A DNA stretch of 61,959 nucleotides, filler included. It is 7 parts of 7 records of this genome, joined end to end, with 100 filler letters (N's around TTAATTAATTAA, not from the genome) between each part and the next. Parts side by side here need not be neighbours in the genome. Positions count along the whole stretch, not along the records: positions 18,862 to 25,890 come from SRR2962707_948; positions 25,991 to 33,004 come from SRR2962707_951; 5 more parts are not named here. The stretch is one strand, 5' to 3'. The notes beneath the pieces are model-generated. The model did not search any database, was not told where the DNA came from, and saw nothing but the letters and a program-made list of their open reading frames with translations. Within the stretch, counting starts at the first letter, position 1. Each line of letters begins with the position of its first letter. Position numbers and translations under genes: made by a program. Below, piece by piece: positions 18,961-30,032 of the stretch.

Positions 18961-21900
18961 TCACCCCAATGCAAGAATCATGGCCCAAACGACGACGCTG
19001 ATGGCAAGAGTCCCGAGCAACACATGCGCGCGGAAGAAGAGGACTTGCACTGCAACCAAAACTAAGCGCCCACTTGCCCAGAGTGGATTTCGCGTGAATT
19101 GCGCGGCAACACCAGCCATGTGAACTAGGTCAACCTGCGTGGATGATGCAAGTGCCAACCAGTGCAAGGCACGCGGAAGAACAGAACCCCGAAACGCAGC
19201 TACAAGCAAGAGCGTTTCTGACACCTTCGCTCGCACAATGTGGAGGCCTACAGATGCGCTGCTAGCATCTGTCAGACCAGGAGAACGCGATTCTTGGCGA
19301 TCGAATCTATCTCCGTCTTGCGGACCATGCGCTGTGCCCAGATGTGGCGCAATGGTCTCGAATTCGTTGTCCACAGAGAATTGATGAGAGCGGCCAAGTG
19401 CCGCGAACATTGCTGCCTTCTCGACTACCTCCGCCACATGGGCCCATGCTCCTCGAGACCGCAACTGAAGAGCGAGATATGCTGTCTGTGACGCTGGAAC
19501 CTGCAGCAAGATCTGACTTAATCTGACTTCATCAGCGGAATTATCATCAGGGTCCTCGGCATTGTTCGTCTGGGACACGCGCCATGTGAGTGTACGAGCC
19601 CTGGGCGTGGAGGTTTTGTCTTTTCCCGGCATTGCTGACCGAGCACCCGGTTGTCGAATAGACCCCGAGGCGTAAAGCCAAACGCTTCCAGCACACCCGC
19701 AAAGCATCAGAAAGCCTGGCAACGTCCCAAGAAATGGCAGTACAACGCGCAAAACCAGTACCTGCAGCGTCAAACACGTGACGCAGAAAGCTGCGACCGC
19801 ACAATTGATCTTCATCACGGCACCTCGCACTTGGGTGGAAGCTGGTTTACAATATTGCACCACCGACGCGTAATCGCCCATCGGGGCGCATTGTGCTTGC
19901 ACGCCGGCCGACAACCATTCGTCAACGCTTGAGAGGACCCGGTCTGTCAACCGCAGGTGAACGTTGTTGTTCGGGAAATCATCGCAATTGCTTTCAACAT
20001 TGCATGAGCCAGTTTTGGCAGACAAGCTGAGAGATAGACAGCCGTCACCGTTCAGAAAAACGTCCCAGCAGCTGAAATGCAGCACACCGCACTCAGGACG
20101 TGACTCTGATTCACCATATTCAGTCTCTGTTTCAACTGCCTTTGCAGTAGGGGGCAAGGCGAGGATTGACACACTAGCGCGAGGAGCAAACACCTGGATA
20201 GGAGCCTCCAAGCGTAGAGTCAGTGCATCCTCGATTGAAATACGCACCCCAATCCCCAGCGCATGGAGTCGACCAACACAGCGAAAACACGCTTGTACAA
20301 CGACATTGCCCGTGCGAGCATTAGCGGGTTTGGGCGATTCGGAAGTTGAGTTGGAGTGAGGTGACTGGGGTCGCATATCATTGCTGCCTGACGGTTCAGT
20401 ATGTGCCCCAACACAAGCTTGCCGAGCCATGTGGCGTGTCTCTGCTAGGTACCGACACAGCGCAAGCGGAAAGCCACCGTTGTCTGGATCTTCGAAGTAC
20501 ACGCCACGCTGACTTGTGAGCGTTTTAAAACGAAGCAGAACTGCTGCGCGGTTCCCAGAAGCGGTGAAGCTCGTGCATTCCACCCAACCTCGCGCGGTAC
20601 TACCACACTGGACAGTGGGGCCACAACGGTCGGCAACGCCCTCATAAAGCGCTTCGGCCGGTGATTGTGGTCGTAGTAACGACGGTGTGGCGCCAACAAG
20701 GCTATCCAAAACCACCTGGCCTGCACGGCGGAGGCAGACACGCAAGTTCAGCCCTTGAACCAGCATGGCGTCGAGCTGGACTCCTGTCACTCTGAGAACA
20801 ACTCCGAAATTGCCAGCGCAACATGCTGAACCTGGGCCAAAAGAACCCTTTTCTGTTTCGTAGGCAGGGTTCAGACGGCTCGAATCATCAAATCCGCAAG
20901 CCTTCTCGCCGTCCAAGTCGTCATTATCTGCCCGCAGTTTTCCTTGCACGTTTCCATCAACTTCAATGTCGCAATCCAGCCGATGAATAGCGACTAGAAC
21001 TTGCTGAGGAATCAATGACACTTGTGCAGTTCTAGACACGGGGTCATAGGCTCGCACAATGGCGGGTAACCAATCATAATGGCGGTACTGAGCATTTGGG
21101 TTGAGCTCATGCTTTCGGCGCTTGTGTGCTATGTACCGGAGCGATGATCCCTGCAACGCACGTCGAACTTCAACTCTTGCCCCAGGGCGCAGATTGGAAT
21201 GTAGACTCCGGATCCCATTTGTATCAGCAGGTGCCATGTTCCATGTGATGTGTTCCATAGTTTGACGCTGTGCATGTTCGCACTTCAAATTGCGACAAGC
21301 ACTATGACTGCACGTTCCAGCGCCTGCGGGGAAAAAGCTCTTCCGACCATCGTATGCTTGCCAAAGGCTTGGATTACACGCAGGACGGATATATTGCAGC
21401 GGCAAACGGTCCCATAAACAATGCTTCGCATCATTATTGAAAACGCGTGCAATCTGCATTCGAGCATCCAATGCACAGCCGCCCCCACTGTGGCTGTCGG
21501 TTTCAGTGTGGCTTGAACCCGTAATGGCAAATTTAGTCAACCTTAGGGCACGACAACCTGGAACGGGGAGCACGCCCTCAGCGAGGTCAAACAACCCTCC
21601 AATGTCAAGGCGGCGCAATGGCAACGACACTGCCGTAATCGTTGCGGTTTCCATGATGGTTGAAGCGGAAATCCGCAGCCCAGTATTTGCCGCTGCTTGC
21701 GCCACGTTTGCATCGGTTGTACCTGCAGTGTCTTTGGTGCAAGGTTGAGTTGTCAGCGTTGCAGCTCCGGCGCCAACATCATCTTCCAGTTGCGTGACCG
21801 GCGCTCCGAAAAACTCAGCCGTGATGGGTCCTGTTTTGTTCCCAAAAAAGATGGGACTCGCATCGCTTATCACAAGGTCAATCTCATGGTGGTCATAGGA

Positions 21901-24900
21901 CCCCACGCCCTCCACACTCCGCAATTGAGCTGTAAACGCCATAAAAGGCACCTCAGATGAGGACCCATCATCAATTTCGCTTGGACAGGCAGGGTCTATT
22001 TCGGTTGGTGCGAGTGCAGACGGCGCAGGTTCGGCTGGACGTTTTGGTGGGCAAGGGTCAAACCCGACGTAGTCAAGTCGGAATGCATTCCTGATTCCGT
22101 AAGGCCCATTGACAAAGCGTGTAACGTCGACACCTCGTGTGCCAAACAGTGCTGAGTGCGAAAAGTCCACACACTGGAAGGCAGGAAGCACCAAAACCAG
22201 GGAATGCACACAGGACAAGCACAGAAGTACATAAACAACTGGACATGGCTAAAACATGACCAATACACACAGGGCATTCGTGGGCAAGTATACTCACAGC
22301 GTTGATGAGCACCGTCCTTTTGACAGTGAAAACCAGGTGCTCACAGTTGGAAGACTCGGACGCCGCTGCAGTCTCCTCGTTGAACCAAAAATGTTGCCGC
22401 AAGCACTCGGAGGCACAGTTTGCTGACGAAAAATTGATCGCCTCCTCAGAGTTTTCGCCATTCCCACGATGTCGCACGTGGCAGCCCAGCACAACATCAC
22501 CCACTCGAAACGTATCTGCAAGAATGGAAGCAACACGTGCCCAGAAAAAATGTTCCTGGGGGTCAAGAACTGGCTGCGCTGGCAGTTCTGGCGTTGTTCC
22601 CGCACCGACGGACACGTGAGCCGCTCCGCCAGTGGCATCACCACCGCCTGGCAAATCTATGGGAACTCCAGCGGGCGCCAAAATCGCGACACCAAGCACC
22701 GCGTCTGGAGGTTTGGACAAAGCGGCTGCCTCAACAATAGGGTGTGCAAACGGGCCTGGTCCACCGCGATAAAAGTCCAATACATGCTCGACAGTCAAAA
22801 CATCGTCCACAATGCAGTAGTGGCCCCTCTGTGCTTTCGCGGACTGCGCGAGCGGAACCAGCAGTACATTTTGCAGCGCGTTTACGCTTCTTTGGTTAGT
22901 GCGCATGCAAGAAGGAGGAGCGGGAAGCGCTACTTCAATGTTGAGAGTATCTGTCCGCTGATCCATGCGCACTGTGAACCCAGACGGTTTCTGCGGAGGA
23001 AATAATTCATCAGCGTGGAAATCGGAACAAACCCAGTCCTTTTCAACAATTGCACCGACAACCAAGTCGGATGGCTTCACGCTTTTAGGGTGCACTTCCA
23101 TTAGTTGCCTTGACTCCTTGCTCTCGCACTCATAGCGAGCAGCACAGGAAGCGTGGCGTCCAGATCCGGACTGCACATGCGACTGGTCACTCGGGGATTT
23201 TCGACGCAAGAGCCGGAATGCCCCCTGGTGGAAAAAGTGGGGCCTCACGTTGGCATCATTGCGTGGTTTTTCTAACCTTCCCGTGTGAGGGTGGTTAATA
23301 AGTCCCCATTCCACTGTTGCCATTCGTCTTCCCGCCTTGTAGTACACAGCTTCGATTCGCCCCCGGACGCAGCTTACCGAACGCCCATGGATCGTCAAAC
23401 TTGGCATGCAATGCACCGTCAACGTTCCGTGAAGGGAAGCGCTGGCACCTGGGGCAGCATCAGTGACTGTCCGTTTGGGCGACTTTGCACAAGTAACTGG
23501 TTGTGCCGCTGCACCTCCGAGATGTTGATACTTGTCAGAGTGTTCGCAATCACCGCCGCAGCCCCTTCCACACCTTTCAACAATGAAGTCAACGTCAATA
23601 CAATTCAACTTGGAGGGCAAGTACACATCAACTGGGTGGCTGCTCATGTCAGCCATGTCCGTCCATTGTTCAGCCACCGGACCTGTTGCAATCACGGCAC
23701 CACGGAGGCACAGGTAAGAAAAAACGGTTCTGAACGCACCCAGAAGTAAAGTGCGCACGCAGATCCAACATGGGAGACGAACCACAAACTCCAACGTAGC
23801 CAAAGCGCAGCTTTTCACGCGCGGCCCGTGGCCCATCCATGAATCCTCCAACGTCCAAACGATTGAAACCAACACCTCGAAGCTTCCCTGTAAAGACTGA
23901 GTGATCAAGGCGATAACTCTTGCGTGAACACAATTCCAACAGAATGTCGGCGGCGCGAAGAGCAACATCTATGTCGCTACTCCTTGAGCTGCACGCCTGG
24001 CTCGCGTTGTCCGCCGAGCTTTCGCGACCGGAGACACCACACGGCGCATCTGAACCACTTGAATCTTGCACAGGACCTCCAATCTCAATGCCAGGAAGTT
24101 GGGTCACGGTGCACTCCCACGTTTTCTCGTCTTTGACATGGTATTTTGCTGCCGATGCATGACTGAACGGCAGGTACTTTGGCTTAAACCACGGAATGAT
24201 GTTCGAAAGCGGCTTTCGGTACGTAAAATTTTGAGCCTGTACAAAACTATCATTACATTGCCCAGTCGCCAGCAGCGGCGTCCCGGATGAGTCTGTATTT
24301 TGCCCGATCCGGAAATATTGCGATCTTGCAGCAGTATGGTCTGCGAAATGCCACAAATGTGGTAGAAAGCTTGTGAGGTCCATGGCAAATGGCACAGTGG
24401 TCGCCTCCGCGGTGAAATTGGCAGAGTGCAGGCACTCTCCTCCACAGGTGCACCTAGCAGTTGCTTTCGGTGCAATCGCGACCTTGCTTGCATTGATGAG
24501 AAAGAATGGAACCCCCGCACCGTCACAGCCATTCAATGCCACAACTTCCAGCTGTTGGGGAAAACCCAGAAACAAGTGGCCAACAGGACACCACCCAGAT
24601 ACCTTGCCCAGATCAACTGCGGCATCGCCGCACCCGTCGGTGTCAATATTTTTTTCAGCCTGGGGAGCACAACACTTTTGAGTGGCAAATCCAGCATGGC
24701 TTGGGACTTGCAGTCGCTCAGCTTGCCTGCGAATAGTCGCTAAGCATGCAAGAGCCTTCTTTCGAGTCGAATACAGAACATGGCCGGCAGATAAGTACTG
24801 CGCTTGTTCGGTCTCGTCCGGAACAGGCAGCTGCTCTTCAGCCAGGATAGGGTGCGTGCGAAGCGCCAGGGCGTTACAGGAAACTCCGCCGAGGTCGATA

Positions 24901-25889
24901 TCGCAGCGCAAGAGCATTTGCACTGAGCTCTGACCGTCACCACCACCAGAGTGGAGAATTGAAGGAGCCACACCCTCCAACGCTCTGTGAATTAGTTCGC
25001 TTGCGCTCCCTGGGATAAGGCGCAATGCAATGCGGAAATCATGCATACGCGCCAAGTCTACAAAAGAATCGCGTAGATCATTCCCGTTTGGGACCTCACG
25101 TCTCACATCTGTTGAGAAACCCGCTGCAATGTCCCCCACATGAATGTGGATGATGGCCAAATGCGACGCTTCTTCAGAGATCGTCTCGTCGGTCTGCATG
25201 CTAGCGTCATCATCGGCTGAGCCTTGTGTGCTGGGGCTGTCACTGCCTTCGGCAGTATCACGTGGCACCATGACCAGTCCGTCACGTAAAACCCCCTCCA
25301 AGTTCGAGCCGCCAGGCACACCCACGTCAAGACCATCCTTTTGTTTTAGCGGCGAGCCAGACTTCGGCACATCTGCTGAAAAGCGCTCGAAGAGCAATCT
25401 CAACTCGTGCTCTGATATTGGTGGCCCAATACCTTCCAAGGAGGCACACAAAAACCTAACAAACAGTGAGCTTTTTACTTGGAACGCCATAGCGGTAAAC
25501 GGCTGCTTTCCAACTCCGGTGCTAGTTTTTAACATGTCCTTGCTTCCCGTGCCTGGTAATAGGGCATCCGAAGGTTGCTCGCTGGGCGACGACAAGTCAG
25601 AGTGCAGTTGTCCATCCAGCAAAGAAGAGTCTAGCAACTCATCGAGCCGGAAATGATAGACACGATTCTGGTGAGGGGCATCTCTCAGAAGCCGCTGACG
25701 TGAAGGCTTGACATTCTCAGAAGACAACCGTTTCGGTTTGCGAACGCCCAAATTAGGGGCTTTCCGCATGGCTGACGGAAAAACAGCGTCGTTGCCCGTG
25801 TCAGTGTCAACTCCGGCACTCGGGCTGCGGCTGCGACTCCGGTTCCGGCTCCGGCTCCGGCTGCGACTGCGGCTGCGGCTGCGGCTGCG
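18961..25889 (-). CDS. Large eukaryotic hypothetical protein (~2,230 aa, at least 3 exons, 5'-truncated, C-terminal TM segments)
   Basis: Three long ORFs join in frame through GT-AG introns 23683-23782 (GTTCGT..CAG, phase 1) and 22174-22297 (GTGAGT..CAG, phase 0); frame open to contig end. Confidence 0.62.
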
Positions 25890-25890
25890 G
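25824..25890 (-). repeat. Hexanucleotide repeat encoding an RS dipeptide tract
   Basis: (CGCAGC/CGGAGC)n on minus strand reads RSRSRS...RNRSRSRSPS in frame with ORF 23670-25769. Confidence 0.75.
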
Positions 25891-25990
25891 NNNNNNNNNN
25901 NNNNNNNNNNNNNNNNNNNNNNNNNNNNNNNNNNTTAATTAATTAANNNNNNNNNNNNNNNNNNNNNNNNNNNNNNNNNNNNNNNNNNNN
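25891..25990. other. Artificial contig spacer
   Basis: N44-TTAATTAATTAA-N44. Confidence 0.99.
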
Positions 25991-25991
25991 G

Positions 25992-26891
25992 ATCCTGTGC
26001 AACTGGACGGTTCTGTCTGAACGGATGGACCCGATAACGTCCAGCAGCGGTATCACGGTACAACCCAAAGAACGCCTTGGCGATCCCCGACGGTTTAATT
26101 ACATCGTTGTCGTCGGTGGCCTCATGGCGGAAGAGCCAAATCTTAGTCCGGCCTATCAGAAGTTTTTGCATGAAGCCGCCGCCGCTGGTGTGCCGCTTGT
26201 TGGTGTTTGTACCGGCGCGTTTCTGCTGCATGAAGCTGGGCTGCTTGATGGGTATCGCTGTTGCATAAGCTGGTTCCATCACTCCGAAGTTGTTGATCAA
26301 TTTGAAGGGCTTGATCCGGTTACAGAGCAGATTTTTGTTGTCGATCGGGATCGCCTAACCTGTTCGGGCGGCGTGAGTTCGGCTCATCTGGCAGCTTATC
26401 TTGTTGATAAGCATGTCGGGCGTGCACAGGCCAACAAAAGCCTTCACATCATGATCATTGATGATGCGCTTCAGGCTGAAAAACCGCAGCCGGGCATTCC
26501 GCTTGATCTGAAGACACAAGATACGATTGTTCAGCGTGCGTTGCTCATCATGCAGCAGAACATCGACATGCCGATTTCCGTGCAGGAGATTGCGCGCAGG
26601 ATGGGCAACAGCAAGCGTCAGGTCGAGCGACATTTTCGCATCAGCCTCGACACATCCCCGCAGGTTGCTTTTCTTAACATCCGCCTTGATCTGGCCCACC
26701 ACCTGATCGAGAAGAGCCAGAAGTCTGTCGCCCAGATTGCCGTGGATTGCGGTTTTTGCGACTCGTCACATCTAAGCCGGATGTTCCGCCGTCGCTATGG
26801 CTGCACGCCGCAAGCATTGCGACGGCCCCCGACTTTGGAGCCGGAATTGGCGGCCAGCGATCTGCGGTCAGATGCTACGTTTGAGGGATAA
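25992..26891 (+). CDS. GlxA/GbdR-family regulator (DJ-1/PfpI + AraC), 5'-truncated
   Basis: VVVGG, GVCTGAF.L..AGLL.G, DRDRLTCSGG, C-terminal RQVERHF and IAVDCGF...SH.SR.FRR. Confidence 0.92.
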   Translation: MLCNWTVLSERMDPITSSSGITVQPKERLGDPRRFNYIVVVGGLMAEEPNLSPAYQKFLHEAAAAGVPLVGVCTGAFLLHEAGLLDGYRCCISWFHHSEVVDQFEGLDPVTEQIFVVDRDRLTCSGGVSSAHLAAYLVDKHVGRAQANKSLHIMIIDDALQAEKPQPGIPLDLKTQDTIVQRALLIMQQNIDMPISVQEIARRMGNSKRQVERHFRISLDTSPQVAFLNIRLDLAHHLIEKSQKSVAQIAVDCGFCDSSHLSRMFRRRYGCTPQALRRPPTLEPELAASDLRSDATFEG

Positions 26892-26969
26892 TTGCAAAAT
26901 TGGCCGCACTGATGGCGGCTTCTTTGTCCTGAACCGTGATGAACAGCGTTTGGGCGCTGGGATTGGATT

Positions 26970-28103
26970 TTACAGCTCGACCTCAACATCGGAAAGCGGT
27001 GTGGAGCAACAGATCAGGATTTTTCCTTGATCAATTTCGCGCTGACGAATGCCGCCACCATGCTGCATATCGACCTCGCCTGAGTTCAGCTTTGATTTAC
27101 ATGTTCCGCAAATGCCACGCTGACACGATGACAATGGCAACAGTCCTGCTTCACGTGCGGCCGAAAGGATTGTCATGCCCGGACTGCATTCGACGACATG
27201 GCCGGTTTTGCTGAAACTTACACGGAAGGTCTGGCCACTGATTTCCGGCGCGACAGAGCTGTGCTCTTCGAACGTACCTGCCGTTTCAGCCCCGAAGTCA
27301 AAGCTTTCCTCATAGTACTTTTCCATGTCGAACCCGGCTTCGCGCAACATGTCGCGCACACCATCCATGAAGCGGCCCGGCCCACAGCAGAAAATCTTCC
27401 GGTCCTTGAAGTCAGGTGACATCAACGACAGCATCTGCAAGCTCAGGCGCCCGCTAAAGCCCGTCCAGCTGTGGCTGGCCGATGTGCTGTCGCAGGTTAG
27501 TGATACTTTTAGTCCCGGGTTCTGCGACGCCAGAAGTGAAAGTTCGTCGCGGAAAATCAGGTCGGATGGCGTACGTGCTGCATGGACGAAATGCAAATCT
27601 GTCGGTTCGGACAAATCACATGCCGTTCGGGTCATCGACATCATCGGTGTGATGCCGCTTCCTGCGGAAATGAACAGCAGTTTTTCGTCAGATGTCGCGT
27701 CGGTGGTAAATTCGCCCCCTGGGCCCGAGACATTTACTTCCTTGCCCGGCACCATGTAATCATGAAGCCAGTTTGAGCCGGGGCCACCGGGAACACGTTT
27801 GACCGTGATTTCGAGCCGGTATGGCCGTGCCGCCGATGCAGAGATCGTATAGCAACGCGTCACCATGCCTTCGACCGGAAGTTCGAACGTCATGAATTGT
27901 CCCGGTGAATACCGAAAGTCGCGCGGTTCGCGTCCGGAAAAGACGAACGTTTTGACGTCATGGGTTTCCTGGCGCACCTGTCGACAGACAAGAACGTCGT
28001 CGTGCTCAGGATCCCAAAGCGGAACGCGGGTTGCTTCGGTCAGCATTTCTTCGCTGGGCTTATCGCCACCTTGTCCGGTCGTAGTCGTTTTGTTCGCGCT
28101 CAT
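26970..28103 (-). CDS. gbcB: Rieske oxygenase reductase (FAD/NAD + C-terminal 2Fe-2S), GbcB/BmoB-like
   Basis: RCYTIS FAD motif, SAGSGITPMMSM, CGP, C-terminal SCQRGICGTC...C ferredoxin. Confidence 0.85.
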   Translation of the reverse strand: MSANKTTTTGQGGDKPSEEMLTEATRVPLWDPEHDDVLVCRQVRQETHDVKTFVFSGREPRDFRYSPGQFMTFELPVEGMVTRCYTISASAARPYRLEITVKRVPGGPGSNWLHDYMVPGKEVNVSGPGGEFTTDATSDEKLLFISAGSGITPMMSMTRTACDLSEPTDLHFVHAARTPSDLIFRDELSLLASQNPGLKVSLTCDSTSASHSWTGFSGRLSLQMLSLMSPDFKDRKIFCCGPGRFMDGVRDMLREAGFDMEKYYEESFDFGAETAGTFEEHSSVAPEISGQTFRVSFSKTGHVVECSPGMTILSAAREAGLLPLSSCQRGICGTCKSKLNSGEVDMQHGGGIRQREIDQGKILICCSTPLSDVEVEL

Positions 28104-29377
28104 TCTGCGGCAATCCCGGCTTTTTGGGTGGTAGCAAAGTGATCATCCAGACGCTTGATATACCAGTCACAGAACGCTTCTACATGTGGTTCTGTAAATG
28201 TGGAATAAGGACCCGGTTCGTAGGCCGGCTGTTGACTGCCAATCTGGGCAAGACGCACAAGTTCGGCATCCTGCACGTTGGTCATATTCCAGACATGCGT
28301 GAGGTTATCAAGATTGTAATCTTCGTTCTCATGGGCATTTTTGTGCACAAGCCATGTGGTCCGCACCAGCGTCTTATCAGGGCCGAGTGGCAAGACGGAG
28401 AATGTGACAATGTGGTCGCTCATGAAATGGTGCCACGAGTTCGGATGTGTCCAGAAACTAAGCCCGCCAAGTTTGGCGTCCGTGAACTGCCCAAGCAGCT
28501 TTTTCGATGCAACTTTGGTGTCAAGCGTATGAGATTCCCCGGCGCGCATCAGAGGCAGGCGCATCGTGCGGAAACCGGTAATGTTTGACAGATGATCTGA
28601 TTCTGCTGATGGCAGGCCACATGCTTCCCAGCGCGTATGATCTGTGTGAACTGCAGAAAGGTACTTGTTCACTTCCTCAGAACGACGCTGATCCATTTCA
28701 TCGGGCGAGAAACCAAAGCCAAATGCTGACAACGGAACGGTGAGCTGCGGGTGATTGCCATCACAGTGATAGCATTCCCGATTGTTCTCCATCGTCAGTT
28801 TCCAGTTGCCTTCTTCGATCAGCTCCGATGTATGGGCGACCTTACAGTTGGCAATATCATGCGGTGCGAGGTAGGGCTCCATTACGCGGGCCATTTCCTC
28901 AATATCGGCAGGGGCATCTTTCGCAAGGCAGATAAAGATCAATCCCGCGATTGAGCGCACATGCACAGTCTTGAGACCGTGGCAGCTTTTGTCAAAGCCT
29001 GCCCCCATATGTTCGGCAAGGATCAAGTCGCCATCTTCGTTGTACGTCCAACCGTGATAGCGACAGACAATGTTACCAATTGTTGTGGCACGTTCGTCAA
29101 TCAGCTTCGCACCGCGGTGGCGACACACATTGTGAAAGGCGCGTATTTCCATATCGTCGCCGCGCAGCAGCAAAACCGATGTCTTATCGACCTCAACCGT
29201 CACGCAATCGCCTGGCTCGGGGAGCTCAGGCTCGACAGCGACAAAAATCCAGTGCTTGCTGAAAATCTCTTTGATGTCGAGATCAAGAATTTCAGGCGAA
29301 CTATAGAAAGGCGCTTCGAGGCTTTTGCCTTTTTGGCGACGGGACACAAGTTTTTGAATATCAGATAATGAATGCAT
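28100..29377 (-). CDS. gbcA: Rieske non-haem iron oxygenase alpha subunit, glycine/proline-betaine demethylase group (GbcA/BmoA/Stc2-like)
   Basis: Rieske CRHRG...CRYHGW; NWKL..ENNRECYHC..NH iron site; Y.PGPYS; next to a GlxA regulator. Exact substrate uncertain. Confidence 0.82.
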   Translation of the reverse strand: MHSLSDIQKLVSRRQKGKSLEAPFYSSPEILDLDIKEIFSKHWIFVAVEPELPEPGDCVTVEVDKTSVLLLRGDDMEIRAFHNVCRHRGAKLIDERATTIGNIVCRYHGWTYNEDGDLILAEHMGAGFDKSCHGLKTVHVRSIAGLIFICLAKDAPADIEEMARVMEPYLAPHDIANCKVAHTSELIEEGNWKLTMENNRECYHCDGNHPQLTVPLSAFGFGFSPDEMDQRRSEEVNKYLSAVHTDHTRWEACGLPSAESDHLSNITGFRTMRLPLMRAGESHTLDTKVASKKLLGQFTDAKLGGLSFWTHPNSWHHFMSDHIVTFSVLPLGPDKTLVRTTWLVHKNAHENEDYNLDNLTHVWNMTNVQDAELVRLAQIGSQQPAYEPGPYSTFTEPHVEAFCDWYIKRLDDHFATTQKAGIAAE

Positions 29378-29973
29378 GATCGAAACCTCGGCTTCTGTGT
29401 GGTGCCCGGATAGAAAAGCTGTGCAGGGCGCATGTCTGCAGCAGGGAATTAGCGTCTCACGTCACAAGGCATCGTCGTATCTTTTGTCCGTCCTGATCTT
29501 TGATCAGAAGGGCATGGACGCGTGATCGCCTGTTTGGCCGAGGTGATTTGCAAACAGATAACGTGATCGCCGACCTTAATACAGGCGCTGATTGATCATG
29601 CCCCGCGCGATCGAAGATGCGGGGATATGTGGTGTTCAGGCGGGACCCTGAACACTTAAGATCAGTCACATGCCATGCATGGGCTGCGTCACGGGCTGTC
29701 AGTTGCACCCAAATTCTCCCTAATCTTCGTCGGCAGGTTACCTGCTCTTTGGTCGCCGTCGTTCGAAATTTTGACGACTTGAAAATCTATTTCGGATTGA
29801 TCCCGATATGGCAGAAAGCTTAAGTCAAAAAGGCAGTAGGTTTGCGACGCAACACCGTATTGTGTGATCCAAAGATACGTTTACATCAGCTTTGAGGTCT
29901 TTTCAGGGTCTTGAACAGACATTTTATCTTGTCATTAAAGTACCACTAGACAAGTGCCAAATGCACCAGAAAT

Positions 29974-29993
29974 CAGGCGGTGGTTACCGCCTG
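29974..29993 (-). terminator. Stem-loop downstream of FadB-like gene
   Basis: CAGGCGGT-GGTT-ACCGCCTG about 40 nt after the stop; weak U-tract. Confidence 0.4.
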
Positions 29994-30032
29994 CCCCTAT
30001 GTGGATGGAATGATTGCAGCCCTTGGTTCTGG

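Noticed and set aside
25708-25938. Plus-strand ORF with (RL)n repeat
   Set aside because: Opposite-strand reading of the RS-coding repeat; runs into the spacer.
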